DNA of 64,000 nucleotides from Takakia lepidozioides (taxonomy: Eukaryota > Plantae > Bryophyta), in contig CM060731.1 of assembly GCA_030704615.1 (NCBI GenBank), forward strand, positions 93,806,001-93,870,000, in the 5' to 3' direction. How positions within the stretch are numbered: position 1 is the stretch's first letter; every line of letters starts with the position of its first letter. Below are positions 38,668 through 51,415 of this stretch, piece after piece. Position numbers and translations under genes: made by a program. The notes beneath the pieces were generated by a model. The model made no database searches. It saw nothing but the letters and a program-made list of their open reading frames with translations, and was not told the DNA's origin.

Positions 38668-41600
38668 TCTTCAACTGGGGAGTTGGGAGGGACGTGAGAA
38701 CTTCACCATCTGCGAGATCGATGGAGTGGATCTCATTTTGGGAATGACCTTTTTGAGCAAATCCGGAGCGGTTATAGATGGCCGCAAGAGAGTGGTCACG
38801 CTGCCATGTGGGAATGGTGGCGAGGTTTTAAGAGCGTCGGAAATGCCCAAATCCGTGGGAGGGCAAATAAACCTTCTGTCAGCAAGGGAGTGGGTCGTGG
38901 AGGAGGCACACGAGCCCCAGTTTTTGCTTTACATTAGAGAAGTGAAGGGAGAAGGCGATGGGGAGCCGAGCCCAGATTGGATTAAGGGGATCTTGGAGAA
39001 ATACCAGGATGTGATGCCGGAGGATTTACCAAGCGGCTTGCCACCGCGAAGAGGAGTTGACCACAAGATTGAGGTGATACCGGGATCGGAACCGCCTGCC
39101 AATACACCCTACCGGTTGAGCCACAGGGAGTTGGTCGAGCTGAAGACTCAGCTCAAGGATCTAATGTTGAAGGGGTACATCCGGCCGAGTAAGTCACCTT
39201 ACGGAGCCCCGGTGCTATTTGCAGACAAGAAGGATGGGACGCTGCGGATGTGTGTCGATTACAGGGCTCTGAATAAGGTGACTATCAAAAACCGGTACCC
39301 TTTGCCAAGGATCGACGACCTCTTCGATCAATTGGCAGGAGCGAAGTATTTTAGCCGGATCGACTTGCGCTCCGGCTATCACCAAATTCGGGTGGCGGAA
39401 GGAGATGAGGAAAGAACCGCGTGCAGGACAAGTATGGTTCATATGAGTTCTTGGTGATGCCTTTTGGGCTCACCAATGCACCAGCGACATTTAGCACGCT
39501 GATGAACAACCTTTTCCAGGAGTGGTTGGATGACTTTGTGATCGTGTACATCGATGATATCTTGGTGTACTCGAAAACAAAGGAGGAGCACCTGGAGCAC
39601 CTGAAAAGGGTGTTCCAAAAATTGCGGGAAGGGAAGCTGTATGTCGCGCACCTCACTTCGGTAAGCTCCCATTCAAGTCATAGTTACTCGCTTTGATGTG
39701 CGCGCCTGACTCCCAACCTGGCCGCCGGGCCAACTTGGAGCTTCGGCTGCTCACCGGGCATAACGGTCCCCCCTTTGTTCTCCCAAAGAACCCTCCACCG
39801 ATTTGGAACCAGCAGGGAATTCCCTTTGGTAGTTGGCAGTCCGGAACAGCTCCCCACTCTTTGGTCGCTTTCTGGCTCGCTCGCTTACTCACTAGTTTTT
39901 GGTCACCAACGGGCTAACACCGTTCTCGGGGTTACTACTCCCCTATATATACTTCTGTAGCTGTCCGCGGGGGTTTCACAACCAGCCATGCCATTTTATG
40001 GCGAACCACCACGAAGACCCTCGATTCCCGGTGGTGAGTCGCGGTGAGTCTTGGCCCACTCACCGCGGCCCCAATGGACCGTGATGAGTCCCAAGACTCC
40101 CCACGACTCCCACCTCGAGGTCTCACCCCATGGTGAGTCCTATGCCACCCGCACTAAGTCCCGCTAAGCTACCACCACCCCTTGTGGAGCCACCCCCACC
40201 GCAACCCGGTGTGCAGGGCTCCACCTAGTGAGCGCCTCCGCCTCCTTGAGTGCCTTGGGCACTCAAGGGTGCTTCAGCCCCCGTACCTATCGCTGCTACT
40301 GCCCCCACCACAGGGGCAGCCCCTCTTGTGTCCCGACCCCCCCCCTGCCCTCAAGGCAAAGGGCCGCGACACACACCCCTACCACAGGGAGTCGATGTCC
40401 TCATCGACTTGTCCATTTTGTAGAAATGAACATCCAAGTTGTGGCGTCCCACATCAAGGAGTTTGTTTCCGTACCATGGCGTCCCATGGCAAAGAACCAA
40501 ACCCACACTTGACTCTACTCTCCACTAGCTAGTTCGGCCGACTTCCTCCAAGTCCCGGCCAAGGGTGGAGCCTCTCAAGCTCCTCCCAGTGCACTCTTCT
40601 TGGCCTACTTCAAGGCCAAGGAACGATCCTCCCCGAGGATCGAATCGCCTTACTGCAACAACATTGCTTGCGACCGCTCATGATGCCGCTTTTGGCATCA
40701 CCTTGAGCAAGGGTTCACCTGGAACCCTCTTTGACTAGGAAGATAACCTTGAACCAACCGTGCGCCCCAATCACTACAATTGGGTCCGCCTTGGAATGCT
40801 GGCCTGAGGTATGGGAACGCGCCGAAGCCGCACTACGACTTCGTCCCGAGGCTACACGATTATAGTACGTGAACGGAAGCACGTAGCTTCCGCGTTAGCC
40901 CGCACTACAAGGCAACCCCCTCGGTAGTGCAGTTATAGTACGCGCACGCGCCAGGTGCGCACTAGCACGTGAACTCCCAAAGAAGGCGCAAGTTTCTTTG
41001 CCCCTTGGATGGGGGTCACCCGATTTTCGGCACTACGCAAACACACGATTAACCCATTTACCTCTCCCACTTTTATAAGCTACCATGCATTCTACACACT
41101 AGCCAACCACACCATGCATCACCATTCCAAACAAAATAGGACGCACAACATTTGGAATCCATTTCATTTATAGCACGTTTTGTACAATACAAGTTTTTGC
41201 AATCGGATTCCTAAGCTAGCTAAGCCGGGCTAAGCATGCATTCCCTCCCCCACGCTCCAAGGTTGATGTCCCCATCATGCTTCTTCCGCTTTTGAGGTCG
41301 CCCTTCGAAAGCTGCGACCGCCTCGGATGCGTTTCCCATTTCTGAGGCACGCACCCAAGATGCCTCCACATGATGATAGCCCTTCCATTTGACGAGATAC
41401 TCCGTTTCTCGGTTCTTGAACCTCCTTGACTTAAGTATTGCCTCCACCTCGTACTCAGGTTCATTTTCATGATCCAACAGCATAGGTGGCGGACGCAACA
41501 CTTGATGCCGATTCGGACGCGCTTCATCTTTGAAGTAAGGCTTCAAAAGGGAGACATGGAATACTGGGTGCACCTTGCTGTTTGCCGGCAGCTCCAATTC

Positions 41601-44600
41601 ATACACATCCTCATTCATAACCTTCCGAATGCGAAAGGGTCCCGCATACGGAGGTACGAACTTCGGACTCACTTCCGGAGGTAGTCGAAATTCTTGATGT
41701 TCAACCAGACCTCCGTGCCTACCTCAAACTTCACTTCCCTCCGCTTCCGATTCGCCTGCCTTTCATACATACCGTTTCTAGCTGGGCAATGTTGTACTTT
41801 GCAAGCTTTAACAAACGCTCGCGTTCTTACAGTACTCCGCTACTTACTGCCGGTTCCTCAACGTCCTGGGCGGCCCAACTTGTTGGCACCAGAGGTGCTT
41901 TTTCATAGACCAACAAAGGGGAAACTCCCGTTGCGGAGTGTTCTGTGTTATTATAACAGAACTCTGCCGCGTCTAAGTGTTCCACCCAGTCTGTTTGGTC
42001 TGCCGACACGTAATTCCGCAAGATCTGCTTCACTACGGAATTCACCTTTCTGTTTGGCCGTCGGTCGTAGGTCGGAAGGCGGTGCTCATCTTCAGCCTCG
42101 TCCCCATCTTCTTCCAAAGTGCTCTCCAGAATTTACTCGTAAACTTTGGATCGCGGTCCGAGACAATATCCTTCGGGACTCCATGATGCTTTAAGACGTG
42201 GGCGAAGTAAAGTCGCCCTGTCTCCTGTGCCGTTGCCGTCTCCTTGGTGGGATGAAATGGCCCATTTTACTGAACCTATCTACCACCACCATGATTGCAT
42301 CGAATCCTTTTGACAGCGGCATAGCAGTCATGAAATCCATCGAGACGCTTTCCCAAGTCCCATCTGGAATCGGCAAGGGTTGTAACAGCCCCGCTTGCTT
42401 TTTGTACTCGCTCCGGTTTTGTTGGCATGTTGTGCATGTCTTGACATACTCCTCTGCCTCCTCCCTCAGTTTGGGCCAGAAAATACTCTTTCTTCAAGAG
42501 TGCCGCAGTGCGCTTGGCTTCGCCGTGGCCCGCAAGCGGGCTATCATGGCATTCTCTCAAGAGGCTATCTCTGATCCCTCCCTTCGGCACGTAGAGACGT
42601 TTTTGCTTATACTGGAGCAGTCCATTTTGCAAGTGGAACTGCGATTTAACCCCCCATCCTCAAGTCCTGCATCACGGACTTTGCCAGCTCATCCTTCCGG
42701 CAAGCCTTCCGGATCTTCCTTTGGAGCGTCGTCTCGCCCTTGTACACCAACAAGAGCTGCTGCTTTCTACTTAAAGCATCGGCCACCACGTTGTCTCGTC
42801 CCGGTTTGTACTGGATATCCACGTCAACAACCGCCAAAGTATCTTGCCACCTAAGTTGTTTTGGGGACAACTTGGCTGCGTGGCAAAATACTTCACCGTG
42901 ACATTGTCCGTGAACACCTTCACTGGGTTGGAACCAACATAGTGGCGCCAGAGCTCAAGACAGTGCACCACCGTCTTCATCTCTTTCTCGTGCGTCGGCC
43001 ACCGTCGCTCCACTTCATTCAGTTTCTTACTTTCGTAAGCCACTGGACGTCCATCTTGCATCAGCGCCCCACCAATCGCGAAGTCCGACGCATCTGTATG
43101 TATCTCAAATGGACGATCGAACTCCGGGATTTTCAAGACTGGAGCTTCTGCCATCCGCTGCTTCAATTCAGCAAAAGCTTGGCCACAAAGGTGTTCCATG
43201 CCCAGACTTTAGATTTACACAGAAGGTCTGACAGCGGCCCCGCAATCTTGGCGAAATTTCTCACATACTTCCGGTAATAGGAGGCGAGTCCTAGGAAGGA
43301 TCGCACTCCCCGGGACCGAAGTCGGAGGCTCCCAGTCCAAGATTGCCCTCACCTTTCTGTCATCCATTTTGATCCCATCCTGTGTAATCACATGCCCCAA
43401 GAACTCCACTTTCGTGACCCCGAATTCGCACTTTGAAGCTTTGGCGTACAGCTTCCCTTCCCGCAACTTTTGGAACACCCTTTTGAGATGCTCCAGGTGC
43501 TCCTCCTTTGTTTTCGAGTACACCAAGATGTCGTCGATGTACACGATCACAAGTCCTCCAAACCACTCTGAAAAAGGCTGTTCATCCGTGCTAAAATGTC
43601 GCTGGTGCATTGGTGAGCCCAAAAGGCATCACAAAGAACTCATATGAACGCATACCTTGTGTCCTGCACGCGGTCTTCCTCCTCATCTCCTTCCGCCACC
43701 CCGAATTTGGTGATAGCCACTCCGAAGGAAGGAGAAGCCTGAGCGCAAGTCGATCCGGCTGAAATACTTCGCTCCTGCCAATTGATCGAAGAGGTCGTCG
43801 ATCCTTGGCAAAGGGTACCGGTTTTGGATAGTCACCCCTTATTCAGAGCCCTGTAATCGACACACATTCGCAGCGTCCCATCCTTCTTGTCTGCAAATAG
43901 CACCGGGGCTCCGTAAGGTGACTTACTCGGCCGGATGTACCCCTTTGACATTAGATCCTTGAGCTGAGTCTTCAGCTCGACCAACTCCATGTGGCTCAAC
44001 CGGTAGGGTGCCTTGGCAGGCGGTTCCGATCCCGGTATCACCTCAATCTGTGGTCAACTCCTCTTCGCGGTGGCAAGCCGCTTGGTAAATCCTCCCATCA
44101 CATCTTGGTATTTCTCCAAGATCCCCTTGATCCAATCTGGGCTCGGCTCCCCATCGCCCTCCCTTCTTCTCACCTCGTGTGCCTCCTCCACGGCCCACTA
44201 CCTTGCTGACAGAAGGTTTATTCGCCCTCCCACGGATTTGGGCGTTCCCGACACTCTTAAAACCTTGCCACCATTCCCACATGGCAGCGTGACCACTCTC
44301 TTGCGGCCATCTATGACCGCTCCGGATTTGCTCAAAAAGGTCATCCCCAAAATGAGATCCACTCCATCGATCTCACAGATAGTGAAGTTCTCGCGTCCCT
44401 CCCAACTCCCCAGTTGAAGAGGAACATCAAACGCCAACCTTGTTGCCAACTGTGGTTCTCCTTTGGCAGAACGCACCTCAATAGAGGCCCCCCATGTCAC
44501 TTGTCGGGAGTCCCAACTTTCGCGCCGTCGCCGGCATCATGAAGGAGTGCGACGCTCCTGTGTCCATGCCAACAAACGACACGTTAGTTCCGGATATTAT

Positions 44601-47600
44601 CCCTTCCACGAACAATAACTGACTCCCTTTACGCAGGCGCCCAGTTTCCTGATACAACTCACAAGAATAGTTGCCTACCTTGCAAGTCCTGGCAACCACC
44701 GCTTCCAACAAGCGACTGATGGTATCTTCCGACAGCTCCGTGGTTGCCCGAGTCATGTTCAATTGACGAGGTTTTGTGCACTTCTTGGCCATGTGCCCGG
44801 GCTCCCCGCAATTGAAACACACTCCATCAAAGGTCGCCTTATGTCCGCCATAAGCCGCTCCACCCGCTTTTCCTTTCGAAGCACCGGGTGCCGCCTTGAC
44901 GTGTGAAGGCCCTCCCTTTGATTTCCACGTGCCATTGTCGCCGCGTGGCCTATCCCACTTCTTTTCCGGTCGGAAGGAGTCACCTTCCCGCCGGGTCTTC
45001 TTGTGGTTCAGCTCCGTACGGCCTTGTCTCTCAACCCTAGGGACATCTGAGAAACATTCAGCCCTCTCAATTGCCTCGTTCAAAGTCTTGGGTGGCTTTC
45101 ACCTCCAACTTCCGCCTGGCCCATGGGGCCAGCGCCCGCCACAAAGTTGAAGACCATTTCTGGTTCTGCCATGTCCGCGACTTCGAGCAACAGCACATTG
45201 AAAGCCTGGACATACCCCCGAATGTCATCTGTTTGCTTCAAATTCCTCATCTTGTCCCGGGCAAGCCAGGATGCGTTGAGGGGCACAAACTGTCTCTTCA
45301 TCAATTCCTTGAACCCACTCCAATTCAAGGTTTCCGGGCTTGGGCCTCGGTCGTGAAGGCGTTTCTGCCACCATTGTTGAGCATAGCCCCTCAAATAGGT
45401 GGGAGCCACTTCCACCCGATCCTCGTCACTCAACTTGGCCGCCCGGAAGTACTGCTCTAGCTCCAGGAGCCAGGTGTTGAGTGCCTTCCGATTTCGGACG
45501 CCCTCGAAGGTGCCGGGTTCCTTAGGCTTCACCTTAACTTTGCCTTAGTGGAAGTGGCATTAGCCGCCTTCAACACGTCTTTCAACGTCCCGCCAAACTG
45601 CGCCAACAACCCTTCCCAAAGCTGCCGGCATGGGAGGCATCTCTTGGTTTGTCGGAACTCTCAAGGATTCCTCGGGCTCCGACTCCTCGGATTCCTCCCG
45701 CTCTTGAGCGGCCTCGTTTTCGGAAACATGCATCGCTTCCTCAAACGGCCGCCTCGGTGACACGTCGCCTCCATCGGGCTCACCAGGATCATCGTCTTTT
45801 AGGCCGTTCCGCTTTCGCTTCGGCTTGCCCGACCCCATTATGAGGCCAATCCCAAGGACGATCGCATACTGAACTCTAAGCTCTGATACCAAGTGTCGCG
45901 CACCTCACTTTGGTAAGCTCCCCTTCGTTACTCGCTTTGATGCGCGCGCCTGACTCCCAACCTGGCGGCCGGGCCAACTTGGAGCTTTGGCTGCTCACCG
46001 GGGCATAACGGTCCCCCCTTTGTTCATCCCAAGAACCCTCCACCGATTTGGAACCAGCGGGAATTCCCTTTGGTAGTTGGCAGTCCGGAACAGCTCCCCA
46101 CTCTTTGGTCGCTTTCCGGCTCGCTCGCTTACTCACTAGTTTTTGGTCACCAACGGGCTTGCACCGTTCTCGGGGTTACTACTCCCTATATATACTTTTG
46201 TAGCTATCCGCGGGGGTTTCACAACCAGCCATGCCATTTTATGGCGACCACGAAGACCCTCGATTCCCGGTGGTGAGTCGCGGTGAGTCTTGGCCCACTC
46301 ACCGCGGCCCCAATGGACCGTGATGAGTCCCAAGACTCCCTACAACTCCCACCTCGAGGTCTCCACCCCATGGTGAGTCCTAAGCCACCCCCACTAAGTC
46401 CCGCTAAGCTACCACCACCCCTTGTGGAGCCACCCCTACCGCAACCCGGTGTGCAGGGCTCCACCTAGTGAGCGCCTCCGCCTCCTTGAGTGCCTTGGGC
46501 ACTCAAGGGTGCTTCAGCCCCCGTACCTATCGCTGCTACTGCCCCCACCACAGGGGCAGCCCCTCTTGTGTCCCGACCCCCCCCCTGCCCTCAAGGCAAA
46601 GGGCCGCGACACTGTATGCCAAAGCTTCAAAGTGCGAATTCGGGGTCACAAAAGTGGAGTTCTTGGGGCATGTGATTACACAGGATGGGATCAAAATGGA
46701 TGACAGAAAGGTGAGGGCAATCTTGGACTGGGAGCCTCCGACTTCGGTCCCGAGAGTGTGATCCTTCCTAGGACTCGCCTCCTATTACCGGAAGTATGTG
46801 AGAAATTTCGCCAAGATTGCGGGGCCGCTGTCAGACCTTCTGTGTAAATCTAAAGTCTGGGCATGGAACACCTTTTGTGGCCAAGCTTTTGCTGAATTGA
46901 AGCAGCGGATGGCAGAAGCTCCAGTCTTGAAATCCCGAGTTCGATCGTCCGTTCGAGATACACACAGATGCGTCGTACTTCGCGATTGGGGGTGTACTGA
47001 TGCAAGATGACGTCCAGTGGCTTACGAAAGTAAGAAACTGAATGAAGTGGAGCGACGGTGGCCGACGCACGAGAAAGATATGAAGGCGGTGGTGCACTGT
47101 CTTGAGCTTTGGCGCCACTATGTTGGTTCCAACCCAGTGAAGGTGTTCACGGACAATGTCACGGTGAAGTATTTTGCCATGCAGCCCAAGTTGTCCCCAA
47201 AACAACTTAGGTGGCAAGATACTTTGGCGGTGTTCGACGTGGATATCCAGTACAAACAGGGACTAGACAACGTGGTGGCCGATGCTTTAAGTAGAAAGTA
47301 GCAGCTCTTGTTGGTGTACAAGGGCGAGACGGCGCTCCAAAGGAAGATCCGCAAGGCTTGCCGGAAGGATGAGCTGGCAAAGTCCGTGATGCAGGACTTG
47401 AGGATGGGGGGTAAATCGCAGTTCCACTTGCAAAATGGACTGCTCCAGTATAAGCAAAAGCGTCTCTACGTGCCGAAGGGAGGGATCAGATATAGCCTCT
47501 TGAGAGAATCCATGATAGCCCGCTTGCGGGCCACGGCGGAGCCAAGCGCACTGCGGCACTCTTGAAGAAAGAGTATTTCTGGCCCAAACTGAGGGAGGAG

Positions 47601-49363
47601 GCAGAGGAGTATGTCAAGACATGCACCACATGCCAACAAAACCGGAGCGAGTACAAAAAGCAAGCGGGGCTGTTACAACCCTTGCCGATTCCAGAGGGGA
47701 CTTGGGAAAGCGTCTCGATGGATTTCATGATTGCTATGCCGCTGTCAAAAGGATTCGATGCAATCATGGTGGTGGTGGATAGGTTCAATAAAATGGGCCA
47801 TTTCATCCCCACCAAAGAGACGGCAACGGCGCAGGAGACAAGGCGACTTTACTTCGCCCACGTCTTAAAGCATCATGGAGTCCCGAAGGATATTGTCTCG
47901 GACCGCGATCCAAAGTTTACGAGTAAATTTTGGAGGGCACTTTGGAAGAAGATGGGGACGAGACTAAAGATGAGCACCGCCTTCCGACCTACGACCGACG
48001 GCCAAACATAAATAGTGAATTCCGTAGTGAAGCAGATCTTGCGGAATTACGTGTCGGCAGACCAAACAGACTGGGTGGAATACTTAGACGCGGCAGAGTT
48101 AATAACACAGAACACTCCGCAACGGGAGTTTCCCCTTTCGTATTGGTCTATGGAAAAGCACCTCTGGTGCCGACAAGTTGGGCCGCCCAGGACGTTGAGG
48201 AACCGGCAGTAGCGGCAGTACTGGAAGAACGCGAGCGTTTGTTAAAGCTCGCAAAGTACAACATTGCCAAAGCTAGGAAACGGTATGAAAGGCAGGCAAA
48301 TCGGAAGCGGAGGGAAGTGAAGTTTGAGGTAGGCACGGAGGTCTGGTTGAACATCAAGAATTTCCGACTACCTCCGGAAGTGAGTCCGAAGTTCGTACCT
48401 CCGTATGCGGGACCCTTTCGCATTCGGAAGGTTATGAATGAGGATGTGTATGAATTGGAGCTGTCGGCAAACAGCAAGGTGGAGAGTAGAGTCAAGTGTG
48501 GGGTTTGGTTCTTTGCCATGGGACGCCATGGTACGGAAACAAACTCCTTGATGTGGGACGCCACAACTTGGATGTTCATTTCTACAAAATGGACAAGTCG
48601 ATGAGGACATCGACTCCCTGTTGGTAGGGGTGTGTGTCGCGGCCCTTTGCCTTGAGGGCAGGGGGGGGTCGGGACACAAGAGGGGCTGCCCCTGTGGTGG
48701 GGGCAGTAGCAGCGATAGGTACGGGGGCTGAAGCACCCTTGAGTGCCCAAGGCACTCAAGGAGGCGGAGGCGCTCACTAGGTGGAGCCCTGCACACCGGG
48801 TTGCGGTGGGGGTGGCTCCACAAGGGGTGGTGGTAGCTTAGCGGGACTTAGTGGGGGTGGCATAGGACTCACCATGGGGTGGAGACCTCGAGGTGGGAGT
48901 CGTGGGGAGTCTTGGGACTCATCACGGTCCATTGGGGCCGCGGTGAGTGTGCCAAGACTCACCGCGACTCACCACCGGGAATCGAGGGTCTTCGTGGTGG
49001 TTCGCCATAAAATGGCATGGCTGGTTGTGAAACCCCCGCGGACAGCTACAGAAGTATATATAGGGGAGTAGTAACCCCGAGAACGGTGTTAGCCCATTGG
49101 TGACCAAAAACTAGTGAGTAAGCGAGCGAGCCGGAAAGCGACCAAAGAGTGGGGAGCTGTTCCGGACTGCCAACTACCAAAGGGAATTCCCGCTGGTTCC
49201 AAATCGGTGGAGGGTTCTTTGGGAGAACAAAGGGGGACCGTTATGCCCCGGTGAGCAGCCGAAGCTCCAAGTTGGCCCGGCGGCAAGGTTGGGAGTCAGG
49301 CGCGCGCATCAAAGCGAGTAACTATGACTTGAAGGGGAGCTTACCGAAGTGAGGTGCGCGACA
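38668..49363 (+). mobile_element. 5'-truncated chromovirus copy (protease-RT 38668-39641, RT-integrase 46612-48481, 3' LTR 48635-49363) with a ~1.05-kb deletion of chromodomain/3'UTR
   Basis: Collinear with copy 1; deletion joined at gtg microhomology (~48480); left TSD lost. Confidence 0.92.
39642..46611 (-). mobile_element. Full-length chromovirus nested in inverted orientation, LTRs 45894-46611 (5') and 39642-40371 (3'), TSD CTGTA
   Basis: CTGTA at 39637-39641 and 46612-46616; PBS at 45880-45891; frameshifted gag-pol from ~45840 to 41220. Confidence 0.96.
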
Positions 49364-50909
49364 GCCTCCCTGCCTGCACAATGTGACTCTCTATCGACGC
49401 GTCCACCTTGTTGGGGGCATCATTCTCAAAGAACTGCCTTTTGGCATAGGCCAAGTCATCCCTGATGTTCGTCTGCATTCCCATACCCAGCGGATACAGT
49501 CAGGCCACGGATCCCTGCAACAAATAGCATTAAATCGGGAAATTTGAGATGAACCTCACCGAATAGAGGATCTCCACCATGGCATCCAGTGTTGGACGGT
49601 ACCAGGTGCGATCTGCTTTCGCAAAGGACTTCCTGTACAGCTCAGGATCGAGGGATTTTTGGAAGTCCGTCAGCGGTGCTGTTCCCACTTCTTGCACTCT
49701 GTGAGCGTATGTGCCAGATGAGTTTCCACGAAGGCCCTCTCTGTTACCCTGCCATGGAGGAAAAAAAAAAACAACGTGAAAATATGATTTCGGCACAACA
49801 ATCCAATTTCCAGTTCATAGAGTGCATGACAGGCAAGAACATTGTCTATTTCGGCGCCGCAATAGGCAGTACACAAGGATGTAGTTGTATACTTACAAAT
49901 TTATATCCGCCATAGCACCCTTCAGCAGTCCTCTGTCCCTGACGTCCACCTTCACGACAATGCAGTCCACCATGTAATGCCAACTGATATCTTGTGGATG
50001 TATTTCAGCAATGTACTCTGTCCAGGCAAGCATCTTGTGGTTCCCGTCCCAAACGAAGAACATCTTCCCTTCCATGTGTGCGAATGTGGGATTAGTCTTT
50101 AGAGAGGTTTCAAACTCGGCATTTACAGTGTGCCAGTGGGGGCTCCAATTCTGAAGCTCCTCTGCAGTGGGGCCCCTTGTGACACCCTGGTCATTCTCAA
50201 TGGAAACGTAGAATGCTGCCGACCCCCGTCTATACCCCTCTTTGAAGTTGTGCTTCAGTCGATCGATGTCCCCTGGCAGTGTTTGCCTTACAACTGGAAG
50301 GCTAACCATGCGACACAAAGGAACTTTGAGGTTCTCCGGATACACCATGGAGCCCAAAACGCGGCCTATGTTGCTACGAGTCTCTGCCAGCAACCTGTTT
50401 GCTGCTATGTTCATGTCTCGTGCGCTCATGAGCATACCCGCCACCAGTTTCTTACTTCTATCACCTCTCTCACTTCCCTCACCCCTCTCACCAGCCTGTC
50501 TACTGTCCTGAAGGTTTTTCTCCTCCGCAAGCTCTAGCAGGTTTTGATCGTCGTCAAGTCGCACCACGTTGTCGTCCTCTGCTTCTGTCAGCTGAATGGG
50601 CCGCCCTTCTGTAGATCCGACTCCGACATCTCCAGCGGCCTCCACCGCATCCGTGTTTTCTGAAACTGCCTGCAAACCCAATATCTCCGCTTCCAGTCTC
50701 CCTAGTGGTTTTACTGGCGAAGCCATGGGCTCCTTCTGCTTCCTCGGCTTCCGAACTCTAGGTGGGCTTTTCTGAGGCGATATCTGAGGTGTTGAATGAG
50801 GACTCGCCTGCCTCGATGCACTTCCACCTTGCGAGCGCAGCACCCGGGCAGGAGTATCCAAAGTTGACTGTGTTGCCTCGCCCCCCTACGATCCCTCCCC
50901 AGCTCCCAT
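49364..50909 (-). pseudogene. 5' exons of the cargo gene with a ParB/sulfiredoxin-like domain
   Basis: VRQTLPGDIDRLKHNFKEGY and FFVWDGNHKMLAW (DGxHR-type motif at 50034-50048); likely ATG 50909 with an early TAG; introns 49896-49749 and probably 49559-49515. Confidence 0.7.
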
Positions 50910-51415
50910 GTCAAACAAACAGGAAAACATGAGACACTGCAGGCCAAAAAAAAGGTGTGAAAGGAATAGTGCGTATGGAGTGCTTCACATCCGCGAAGCA
51001 CGAATCTCTCACTGGTGGGCGATCCGAGTCTCCGGATAACGAGGTCTGCATTTCCTGCATGAGACGGAGCTTAAGTCGTGTCGTCGGCGGCTTCCCAAAA
51101 TCCCGCGTCCTCCTTTTTGCCGGAGTCGCCTGACCTTCCACAAACTCTATGCTATCACTATGCTGCATAAGGAGAGGAAACGCAGGAGAATGTCACTGCA
51201 GAAGGGCAAGGAGCGAGAGAGCGAAGCGGTGGAACATGCAACCATTATGCACGAGCAGATGCGTAAGTAGCCACGTCTCCGGAAGCGTTGCCACCGTCCA
51301 CCACTTTCTGCCGTATGGGTGATGAAGAGATTGCGACCCCTGACACGTTCGCATGGATGAAGTCGACTGGAACACGACGCGTGCCTGTTCAAGCCACCAG
51401 TACAAGACGCTTTAT

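Noticed and set aside
29118-50909. Bacterial or phage contamination as the source of the ParB-MTase gene
   Set aside because: The gene has GT-AG introns and is interrupted by plant chromoviruses, one with a clean TSD.
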